A stretch of 64,000 bases of DNA from Mytilus californianus (Eukaryota): contig NW_026262679.1 of NCBI RefSeq assembly GCF_021869535.1, positions 72,602,001 through 72,666,000 on the forward strand, written 5' to 3'. The first letter of the stretch is position 1; the number at the start of each line of letters is the position of its first letter. The translations under genes were made by a program, and so were the position numbers. Under the pieces are notes generated by a model that did no database searches, was not told the DNA's origin, and saw only the letters and a list, made by a program, of their open reading frames with translations. This document shows positions 13,931 through 26,100 of the stretch, in pieces.

Positions 13931-15625
13931 TGCTTTACGATGCATACGTTTTAATATTAAATTAAGTTAATTTTATTTTTTAATGAACAGTTTTGATCTA
14001 ATATCTATGTCTAATGCCGTGTTCAAGCATTGTCGATTATATCTCCCATTTAACACAGTGCTGCGACACAAAAAATATAAAAGATTACTAAATATATCTT
14101 CAAAGATATTGCATGTTGTATCATTGTCTGAACGCAGTCGTATACGCTTGTAACAGAGTCCTACGGATCGGAAATGGTCCGTAGAGGTAGGCCAAGTACT
14201 TCAGACAGTAAGTGACACTCGGGACCCTCAACCGATTTTGTCTAGTCGGATTACAATCGTTAATGATCGTGACTATGTCTTGACATATTATGCTATATCG
14301 TAACAATGTCCTGTGTTGTCTGGAAGCTGCCTGGACGATAGCCTGTGGAATGGGCATAATCTGGAGAAATTTGTCATTGCCGGTTTAGTCCAGATTGCTT
14401 CTAGAGCTAGCGGATGTGTACAATCTTTGTAGAATCCGTTCTGGAACAGTCCCGTATTTAATGGATAATTTGACAACTATACCTACGTCAGAGTCCGGAA
14501 GAACCGAACACGATACGACCTAGCCTAGACAAAGCTGTTTGCAATGCAGTACAGCAGTCTGCTGTAGAACTGAGTTCCGAAGTGTCTCGATCATACAAAA
14601 TATGACAACAGTACTAGGATTTCAGATGCGTATATTTCCGAATTCGGCTGAGCTGCTTACATCTGGAGTATAACATGTGCGTCTGTGTCCTTTTTGGACA
14701 GTACTTAGACCGGTTCACCTTGAAAGCTATTTAAAGGCTGTGACTTCTGCAGCAGGTTGTTCTCATGGAAATGGTAGAAGAAGAATTAGTTTACCAATTA
14801 TTACTTTAACAGAAAAGCACTGCGACCCGGGAGACATAGAAGATACTTGTTCTAACCCTGGATATCCTGAATAACTCTATTATTGGAAAGGGGGATTCAT
14901 TCCCAAACTCCTATTTGGGACTACTTTATAATTTGAAGCCACTCGTTTGCCAAAAAGTTAACTTGAAATTTGATAACATTTAATAAAATTTAAAAGTTAA
15001 AAATACATACAATAACAAGCAAATTAAATTTTCTGAGAACACAATGTATTTCTAACCATGAACAATGTTTATTATGATCAACAAGTTGTCAAGTTCAAAA
15101 ATGAAAAAGTAATACATGTATTTATACAGTGTATTTCAAATCTTACAGGTTTTCTGTAATAATTATACAGTTTGGAGACATAACTTATACATTTTGCAAG
15201 TTTGCTGCAATATGAAAACATCATTTCAGCCAGAAGTTTAAAATTATATTTCTTATTGAGATGCGACAAGTTGAAATTCAAAATTTTAATAAATCAATTT
15301 GAAAATTGAAAACATCTTTATGAGGTGTAGTACTATCACGTCAATCACCAGACACAGGTTGCACAAGGGTATGAATTTTGGCGGATCCAGAGTAGCCTCC
15401 GTGATATGCGACACCATAACCATCATACTGCTGCGACTGCATGCTATTTTAAAATTAGAAAAAAAAGTTAACACAGCATTAAGTAAAAATGACATTAATA
15501 AATAAATAAATAAAGTTAAAAAAATATTACATTTTATAATTCTGGAAATGATAATTTATAATTGAAAAAAAAATTAAATGTCATAATTTAAAAAATTACA
15601 TTTTATATACAGATAGCTTATTTAC

Positions 15626-16572
15626 CTTATTTCTGGCATGCTTCTAGCGCGCTGTTCCTGAAAATACTGCTGCGGGAACTGCAAGCGGTTTTCAGGGTTG
15701 AGAGTACTGTTATGACTCCTATCAAACTTGTAACTCGTCATGCTGCCATCGCTAACTTCCTGCGACATATGAGTACTGATCACAGGCTGGGGTGTGGCTT
15801 CCTGTCTAAATGATGATGCAGAGGTCTGTGAGTCAAACACAAGAATTGGGGTAATATTCTTCTTAAAGCTGAAAAGAGAGAATCGTTACACAGTATATGT
15901 TTTAATGGGATAGAAATAAACTTTATAAGTAAATTGTTATTTGGTCAATAATTTTGGCAATACATTTTATATATAAATTTATTGCAAAAATTTGGAAAAT
16001 TACTTGGCCTCAGAGTCGGTCTAGCTAGATATAGCCAAATTTAACTTCTTGTGGAATGATATAATGGGGATGACAGCAGCAGCCATGATCTCATCTCGAA
16101 ACTTGGCTGTTGCGTCGGCCCTCTCCTTCATGTGGCTAAAGTACTTGGCATCATATTGAAATCTATATTACTAACAATACGTCATGCATTTGGGAAAGCA
16201 AATTACTGTCCTGATAATTTGTTTAGTACAACAAATAGCTATACACTTGGTTTCATATTTTTTCGCCAATATCCTTTCGAAGACATCTTCTTTTGTTGGA
16301 GAATTTCAGGAAATATGGAGTCACACTATTATATTCTTGAAAGTCATCGGGAAAACATATAGCCTGCTTTATCTACGGAAGACGTAGCACAATTGTGTAG
16401 TATTAAACTTTTTTGTTTTGTTCGGTACTTGCTGACTTCAAAATGTTGGTACCCAATTTCCAATGATACACAATGGGAAAACAGAGAGTGATAAATTATG
16501 GATTTGAACATGTGCAAGACAGTAAAGCTTACCAATAATTATACGAAGGTCGGTTCCAAATATCTAGAAGCT
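15626..16572 (-). pseudogene. Chain of three phase-compatible exon-like segments (16572-16533, 16135-16004, 15868-15626) with an in-frame TAG; product unknown
   Basis: Each segment has AG/GT ends and compatible phases. The joined translation is LLDIWNRPSYNYCHMKERADATAKFRDEIMAAAVIPIISFHKKLNLAISS*TDSEANFKKNITPILVFDSQ...RSMPEIR, with the stop at 16023-16021. Confidence 0.4.
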
Positions 16573-17099
16573 CTTTAAGTAATTGACGAGAAAAGCAACA
16601 GAAAGGGTTAAGGACAAATGGAAGAATTGACTAACAGAGAAAAACTAGTATACAAACTACATGTACAACAATAATTCATCAACAATTACCATAATACAGT
16701 TTTATTGTAATTGGCTATGAACTAGCTTTCAGTAACTGCAAGTACTCTCAGATCGGTACCTGATGTCTTGTCTTTATGTTGGTTGTTTTTCTTCCTTTGT
16801 GCCATTCTGATCATTCTACCCATTTACAACTGATTTTTCAGTTTGTTGTTATGCAGTGTTATAACAACACTGTCCGAATAAGTGGGGGTCTCATATACAT
16901 GTTTTAACACTGCCATATTCACATTTTGTTATTTACGCCTCTTATAACTGTTTTTACAGTATTGATTTTGCTCATTGTTGAAAGCCTTAAGGGGGCATAT
17001 AGCTACTTATATCTATGTCATTTGATTTTTTGAGGATAGTTATCTCATTGGCAATAATACAACATAGCCTTACTTTTATAGGAATACAATATGTATTGT

Positions 17100-17175
17100 T
17101 CAATTGCCACACATTTGGTAGAATCTCACTGAGTAGTAATCCATTGTCCCTTTCACTGGATAACATATGTAAACT
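17100..17175 (-). CDS. Tentative terminal coding exon (KVYICYPVKGTMDYYSVRFYQMCGN*)
   Basis: ttatttcag acceptor 75 nt below the exon 3 donor; the phase-2 continuation ends at TGA 17102-17100. Confidence 0.4.
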
Positions 17176-20100
17176 CTGAAATAACATGCAATATAACTAA
17201 ATTTTACTGTAATACACATCTTTAATTAGAGTATGTATTCCGGTTCTTACTTGATGTCCTGCTCATTTGTTTCATCATTAAGTAACACAGTTCCTTTAAC
17301 ATGACTGGCTGCCAAAATGTCTGCATACTGACGAGCTTTCTCCTGATCACCATCATTAATGGCTGCATGCAGCAATTGAGTATAATGTTTCGACTGGTTT
17401 TGATCTTGTTTTGCTTTCATTGTAAGATTTTCTGCACAAACAGGTAAAAGGTTGTTATCATCTGCAATGTTTGAATTTGTCTTACCAGTGCACTCAAAAT
17501 CAGTATCTGATATATTGAAACCTTCACTAAAAACAATATTTTTAGCATCGTTATTCATGTCAACATTTTCACTATTTTCAGTATTTGTGTCTATGTCTGT
17601 AATTCTTAAAGTTTTCTCCAGGTTTTCATGCTGATCAGACAGAACTTTGACAATTTGTTTGTCAACATTTTCACTATTTTCAGTATTTGTATCTATTTCT
17701 GTAATTCTTAAAGTTTTCTCCAGGTTTTCATGCTGATCAGACAGAACTTTGAGAGTTTGTTTGTCCCCTATCATTGTTTCTCTGTCACCAATTTCTAATT
17801 CGATATCTACTATCCAAGCCGGATCATCAGCTGTTTGAAGAAAAAGCTCACATGACTGAGGTGAAGATAATGAACCATTTCTTTCTTTGTTGTATTTTTC
17901 CTCAGGGGTCTTTATATTTGATCTGAAATCTACTGTCCAAGCTGGATCATCGACTGTTTGAAGTAACTCACATGATTGAGGTGCTGATTTTGGACCATGT
18001 CTTTCTTTGTAGTATTTGCCTTCTCGAATCTTTACATCTGACTTTACTGATTGCGTACTCTTACTTTTTTCCAGTGCTTGATCTAAACCAGTAACTCTTG
18101 TTACATGAGGAGGAGGGTTATATGGCCTGTGCACGAGAGTATCTGAAGAACATGAATTATCACTGATTCCACTTTCTGATGAGCTTTTTCCTTTTATTGT
18201 CTGAATAAATTCATCCGGTTCTTTGTGTTTAAATCCTACTAAAATATATTCTGAAATAGAAAAAATAAAAATCAATGCATCATGTCAGCAAATGTATTTT
18301 TGATTTTAAAGCACTAAATCCATAAATGCAATTTGTTACTTTAGATCATTTAATTCAAATCAGTTGTTGGAAGCTCTTTTTAAGTATTGGAATGGATATA
18401 CATAAAAGTTCGTTATAGTTTCTCCTACTTAGTAGATCTTATTCAAGAAGAATTTTGTTATTTCAATAAAGCATAACTAACGTTCAATGATTTTAGATAA
18501 CTGAGATTGAAATGTAGCCCTTGTAGGTGCATGTCCCGAAATTATTTTGTGAGCCATCATTCATTCCGATTCCACTTTTTACACTATACAAACAGTAAGG
18601 CCATTCATAACAATCACTGTATACTCAGGCCAAGTGTCTTTGTAATCTCAAATATTTTGATTCGCTTATGCACTACAGTAGTCTTGGCGGCTTATTTCAT
18701 ACAGAACAAGATCACAATTGTACACTATTCAAAGGTTTACCGACTGCTTAAAATGTCAAAATCGCATTGAGAACCTTTTTTTTATTTATAATCTATACTT
18801 GAAAACTAATTTTATTGATAAAGTCGAAAAGAATGTTTAATGACGGCAAGTTTCTTAAATTTTTTTAAACCCATTCTTCATGATCTTTTCACTATCAATC
18901 AAAGTGGACAAAATGTCAAGCAAGAGGCTCCTAAGAGCATAATTCGCTCACCTGTCAATATATAGGAACACACAAACTAGTCAATAATCGTGTTATAAGG
19001 ACAATTACTCCTATTAGGAGTCATCCAACAGTTTCGGTCATATTGACATTCTTGTAAAGCTGATAATTTATGCTTTTACTGTTTCTACCTATCTTTTATA
19101 GTTTTCAAGATAATATAGGCAAAAACTAAATGATTAGTAAAAAATTATCATTTTATAACAAGTAAGAAAACACTCAAAAGTAGTAAAAAAAATCGTCATT
19201 TAAGGGCAATAACTGATAATTGTTTCGGTCATATAGGTATGTTTGTATATTTTAATATGTTGCGGTTTCACAGACACTTGTCCACATGCGCAAAATCAGT
19301 GTTATTATGGATCATTCGAGTTTCTAAATGAAAAGAGAGAGAGAGAGAGATCGTCTAACAATATAATTTTAACACTATATTTAGTATGTAAATATCAAAA
19401 ATATTTACAATGCGATAAAACAAATTGACAAATTAGCTTCATCAGTCTTGTATCTCAATGATTATCAGTATAAATGTGTATGTTGAGAAATACTACCTGA
19501 AACCAAAGATAATCAAAAAAAATATCACTAAACAAAATTTATTTGAAAACAAATTCAATAACCTGTTTCATGACGAGTAGGTGTTTATTGTATTAAAAGG
19601 ATAATTGATAGTATTGTTTCCTTCTCCGTTTATAGATTTGTGATATTTCTAATTGTTTCAACCTAAAAAGGAAGACAGCTTTCGTCATAATCAACACCAA
19701 CGTCCTTTCCATTCATGGGTATCTTAATATAGTTCTTAATAAGAATAGTATTCCGATCCAAGGATACGTGGAAGTGACACAAATCGTTTTTCCAGATAAC
19801 ACTTTATAAAGGTCATGCATCCGTACCCAAATACTGAATCAAAACATAGATTTAAAACATAAAATCCTATCAAGTCAAGGTTGCATGCAACCATCACCAT
19901 AAGATTAAAAATCAACTGTTTACAAAACTTGGATTTTTTCAAAATATTTGGAATTTTCTGCCCCTGGAATATATACTTTTCCTGTATTTGGCAAAGCCTT
20001 TAGGGACTTTTGGGTCCTTAAAAAATGCTCTTTGACTTCGTAATTAATCTAGCCTTTTCATCTTTTTTTATTCGAGCGTCAATGAAAAGACTATTGTAGA

Positions 20101-23100
20101 CGAAACGAGCGTAAGGCGTGCAAAATTTTAAGTCTTGTTCATTTAACAAATGTTTAGTGCATTTCAGTCTTAATTTTTTTTTCCTATTTATATATTTATA
20201 ACAAAATTCAATTAATACCGTGCGCATGATTTATCATTCGCAAAGACTACATTTCACTTTAAGTAATTAAAAAAGTTCATTAAAATAATGACACAAGCGT
20301 TTTTGTGTCCTTTATAAAATTAAAAAAATGGAAAGACGTGGTATGATTTCCAATGAGACAACTCTCCACCAGAGTCCAAATAACGTAGAAGTTAGCAACT
20401 ATATGTCAATGAACGTTCTTCCACAATGAGAAAAACACATACCGCATAGCATTTACCTACTTTACGGATGATGAATTAACACTCTCCTTGACGACACTGC
20501 TGTTGGTTTACAATAATAGTAAGGGGATATAAAGTCTATGCGGTACGTAGATCCGTTTACATTTGGGTTGAAAGACCCTTATAAAGTGTACCTCCTTTGC
20601 CAGTCGTTTGTATTTACGAAATTAAAGTCGTTGATTTTATAAATTGGAAATACTTTAAATTTTCATCAATATTTCACTTAACAGCAATGTTCATTTTGTT
20701 CAACCGCTAGTGTGATGCCAAAAATCGCCAACAAGTGTAAATCCGAGTAAAGACATATCTGATGACAACAAATAACTTCGATCAATGGCCGTCATCCGGA
20801 AATGTAGATAAATGAAAAACATATCATTCCATTGGACACTTAAGTATTACCTACGTCACATTTTTAGGTAAATTTGCAGAGGTATATTTTGACATTTTAC
20901 TTTCAAGATTTTAACCCTTGAACTATCAATATCGTAGTTAAATATTATAACGTTCTGATGCATCCAGCTATTGCATGATACTATGACTTTTTTTTGTATA
21001 CACACACTGTCCAAATTTTTGTCACAATTGCTGTTGGATGACCAATACTTTTCTTGGCATATTTTGAGTGCACATATCAACATTGACTTACTTGTGTCAA
21101 AATTTTAAGGATAAATCCATGCAAGATATCTTCTCTATTGTATAACTCTTAGATATAAATCCCTGTCAGGAAATAACTATAAGAGGTATCCACCAAAAAT
21201 ATGTCCATACCTGTCCATTATAAATATTCTTCTATCCATAGGGTTTTAATTCGATAGGTCATGGTTGCTGTATGAATGATTTTTTTTAAGTACTTACTTT
21301 TATTCATTTTTGCTTTGCTTTCTCTACAAACATTCAGAGTATTGATCACATTCTGAAGTTTCGGATAAAACTTATCAAACTCCGGTCCTTTCGGGAACTG
21401 TAATACAAATGATCTTTTTCTACCCTGGTCATTCAAATGGAACTCTTGCCAAACTTTAGACTTTTCTACAATGTGTTCCAATGATTTGTCAATGAGTCGA
21501 TTCAGATATATGGTCATCAATGGAGTCTGAAATATAATAAAAAAATGTGTCTATTTATTTTTTTTAATTCAGTTTCCTTTTCTAATATAGTTGTGTTTCT
21601 GTTTTTGCTACCACTAATCAAAATAGAAGAGTAAAATTACAGAAGGCGCCAAGATACGGGCGTCATGAAAATTTCAATATTTTGTAAAGAAATATATATA
21701 TAACGAAAAATTGCGAGTTCTTTATCTATTTTTTCCTTATTTTCAATGGACACAAACTTCTTTTTTTTAACTTCACTTCTGAAACAATTTTTTTTTCCAA
21801 AACAAAATTGCAATCAAGCAATTTCTTTTTTTTTAATCTCCCCACAAAAGATGAATGCTCGATGCCTTAAGATAGCTATAATGCTCAAATAATTATTCCT
21901 AATGAATAACAAACTGATAATTAACATGTTATGGGAAATGATTTTGCAACACTGTTTCTAAGATAACAAAGGCGCTTCGTGTTGTCTGTAAGGAAATCTA
22001 TCTTTCAGGCCTATGTCTTTTTGACTTGTTATCCAACAATGACTTCCTTTTATTTGCTAGAAAATATAGAAAGCTATTTAAGTTAGAATAACCATGAAAG
22101 CATAAACAGGGGTGTCAATTTTACATTGCGATAGCATCCATTTTTAAAATTCCAGTGCACAACTACACTTAATGATTATCATTATGGTAAATTCTTTTAA
22201 GATTTTCTAGATTATCTCCACAAAAAATGTGACCCGCAGACGGACAGACAGGCAGACCGACTGATATACAAAGTGAAAACTATAAGGCTCTCGTATCCTT
22301 AATGTGGGTCCCTATTAATAACCATTTATCAATAAAGTTTCAATGTTGTACTTTAAAACTATTCATTCCATTTCGTTAGTAATACAAATATATAAATTTA
22401 ACAAATTAAAGTAGTTAAATCAAAGAATGGATTCAACGCATTTACAGAAATTAAACACTGGTAACTAAGGGATTGTGGTTAAACGTCTATTTATAATTTG
22501 TAAATGAATATATTTTGCTATAGGGCTCAATATTCTTCAATCAGCCGAGTCGTGTCTTGCAGCATAAGAATGTCATTTATTGTCGTCCTCCAATACAGTT
22601 AGTAAAAAAATTCAATAAGATTTTAATCAAAATCAAACAGGAACAAGAAAAGGAAACAAATTTTTTGTTCACTTCCCTTCTGAAACAAATCACATATTTT
22701 TTTCAAGAAATTAAGAATCATACAATTTATTTTTTAAGCAAAATTTGTCAAGGATTCTGTTTCTTGCCTGTGATTGCTGCTGTCAGTGTAAATTTTAATT
22801 TGACTGCCAAAAACTAAGTCCATTTATAAGAAATATAGATGATATAATGACAAATGATAAAAACAAAATGTTCATAGGTTATTTCTTGGTCATGTAAATG
22901 CTTATGTTTATGTTTCGTAACATTCCATGAAGGGGTTCAACAAAGTTTTTTTATATCTAAAAAATCTAACCCTGGACTGTATGTACATCCGTAAAATGTT
23001 AACGGCAAAAAACTAAGGCCATATATCAGTTTACATAAAGCTGAAAACAATATATATTTTCAAAATTTTGCTTCATATGTTATCTCTCATAGAAAATTCA

Positions 23101-26100
23101 TATAAATTCTATCAAGGTTTGACAAACTTATTAATGTCTAAAAACTTTTAAAACGCCAGACAGTATCTTAATGTTGACTGTAAAAAAACTACGTCCATTT
23201 GTTACTAAAATACGGAGAAAAAAGAATAAGATATTTTCAGTTTTGCTCTGGATACTGTCTTTTGATCACGAAGAAGCATCTGTCTAAGTTTTGTAAAAAT
23301 CCATCAAGATGTAACAAAGTTATTGGTGTAATAAAAACTCTTAGACTTGTATCTATATATTAACTAAAAAAAAACTACAGAATGTAGGATCAGTATGTGT
23401 AGCTTTTATGACAGAAAAACATGCCCTCCCTCCGACCAACAAAATATGAATGGTCATTGCCTAAAACGTTCACATAGTTTCATTATACAGGTTGAAAGAA
23501 TATACAACCAGACTAAGTACGTTAAAACGTTAAACGTTATTATTCATAGAAATATAGACATCTTTTAGGGTAGGGCGTTCGAATTTCCATGGTGAGGGTC
23601 ATAATACCATGGCTAAAAAAAAATAATCATAATTTTTTTTTCCAAAAAATGTTTTATTTTCTATCATGATACTTACTGCAGCATTATAACTAAAGTATTA
23701 TGTTTTTGTAAATAAGAATTTTGAAGTATAAGAGGAGCGGTATCTTCTTGGATCGACTACATTTTATAAAATATGTTTTCCTCGAATTCCAACATAATTA
23801 ATTGAATAGATGTAGATCTTGCTTTCACAGGCACTTGTTTCTATCCATGGGAAGATCCACTATCAAATATACGTTGATAGTGGATCTTCCCATGGATAGA
23901 AACAAGTGCCTGTGGTTGTTTGAGTGAATGGTATTATACTATGACCAAGGATACGTGTTATAAATCTGTTTAAACATATTTCTTCATTCAAGTACTTAAT
24001 GAAACATTATAATAAGATCATGTAGCTTATATGCTTAGATAATTTGAAATTCTGACAGCTAAAGGGGGTTCAAAATACCACGATTAAGAATATTTATCTC
24101 AAATCTTTTCTGACAGATATTTTTTTCTTCAAGATACTGATAAAGACATAATTACTATAATTATAGAGGTTGAAACGATATTGTCAATTACAATGTTTAC
24201 TTAATAGGAGAGTGGTGTCATCTTTCCCTTAAACCAGTTAATGCAGAATTATATTAGTTAAAGTATTGTTAATGCGATTATAAATTAAAATTTTGACCTA
24301 TTAAGATAGGATGTTCAATTTTCCATGGTAGGGCGTTCAAAATACCATGGCTAAGAAAAGATGTTACAAAATTTTTTGCGAACATATAAGTTTTTTAATT
24401 TCTTTGAAGCATTATTACTAGTTTTAGTAGTTCAAACGCAAATCCTTAAATATCAAAGAGGGTCAATTTCATACTATTGACTCCTTAAAGATCTATGATT
24501 TGCAACTCATCATATTCATTCAATCTATTTGTATAGTTATCCTAAAAGTAGTTAAAATGAATAAAACATATTTGAAAATATGTTTTAACATTTTACCTAG
24601 CTATGGCAATAGTGCTCCAATAAGTGTTTGGTATCATTGAAAAAAAATTTCGAGAAGATGTTTGATTTCTTTAACTTAGCCATGGTATTTTGACCCCTAC
24701 CATTGAAAGTTGACAACATCCCACTTCATGACGTCAGATTTTCAGATCATCATAGCTTTTCAAACTACTTTAAATAGTAAATGATGAGTAATTTTGAAAG
24801 ATAATACATGGTTGAACAATTGTTTAAACACTTTTACTATGCCATGGTATTTTGACTCCACGAACCACCATGGAAACTAAACCCACTTCCCCTTCTTTGT
24901 GTAGTGATAATGCCCAATAAGTATTTGTAATATATATGTAACACTCAGAAACGTGTCCATCCCCCCAAACGTGTCCGATTCCCCCAAACGTGTCCATATG
25001 ACGTCGCTGAACTGCAAAACATGTCTAGTTGCTAAAGGGCGCAAAAACGTGTTCTGTTTATAAGCGCCCGATTGTGTCCATTTAATTTTTAAAAAAAAAG
25101 GCCAAACGTGTCCGGTTTATTTGAAACCGTAAAGTCTCCATTTTAAAAGCACAGAAACCTCTTTTGCATGAAGCAGGTCGTACAATACCCTCATACATTA
25201 TATAGCCATTTAGGTATCATCGAAGAATATTAGTACAATGGAATCCACTTAGTAAACAATTATTAAAACTGTACAAAACTAATAAATTGCAATGTTTATG
25301 TTTTTTTAAATACGCATGACATATTTGCCACTGGACATTAAGCAATCAACATTCAATAGTTCATTAGGTGTTGCAAATTTAGCTTGCATACTTAATAAAA
25401 AATAACCGGCGTTGAACAAATTAATGCTAATAAATTTCCACTTTATTAACAGTGAAGCACCGTGAAAATTTACAAGATAAAATATATTACATTTTTAATT
25501 GTGAAATACCTCTATCTGAACTTTATATAAAACATTATTAAAACCGCTGCAAGTAAAAGTAACTTTTTATTGTGGGATTCTTTTTTAACCTGGTGTCTAT
25601 TTTTTTGAAAGCAGAAGTCATTGTGCACAGTGTAGCATGTCTTGGACATTTGTCTATACGGCTTACTTAACTTTCCTCCAGATTTCTTTGGGTAGCTACT
25701 TTGATTTTTTAAGAATTAAACCGAACCCGACGTCTTTTATCGTATCCCACGCCATATAATTGCCGTAAACGTTTTTGACTTCACAGAGTTATATTGGCGC
25801 TAAGAGTTTTGAGACGTTGTGGCGTTTTTATCTGGACACGTTTTGGCGAATAACAATTATCGGACACGTTTGGGGATATGAAATCGGACACGTTTGGGCG
25901 ATTTATGATTTGAAGGACACGTTTGGTCGGAAAAGACACGTTTGGGGGTATCGGACACGTTTGGGGGGATGAACACGTTTGGGAGTGTTACATATAAAAC
26001 ATGTTGGAAAGAATGTTTTTTGACATTTTCACTTCGCCTTCGTATTTGACCCCCCCCCCCAAAAAAAAAAACATAGAAAATAACCCCCCCCCCCCTTCCC

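Noticed and set aside
18174-18195. CTGATGAG as a hammerhead core (also 20759, 48191, 61214, 62406)
   Set aside because: No stem II followed by GAAA; two of the hits are inside coding exons.
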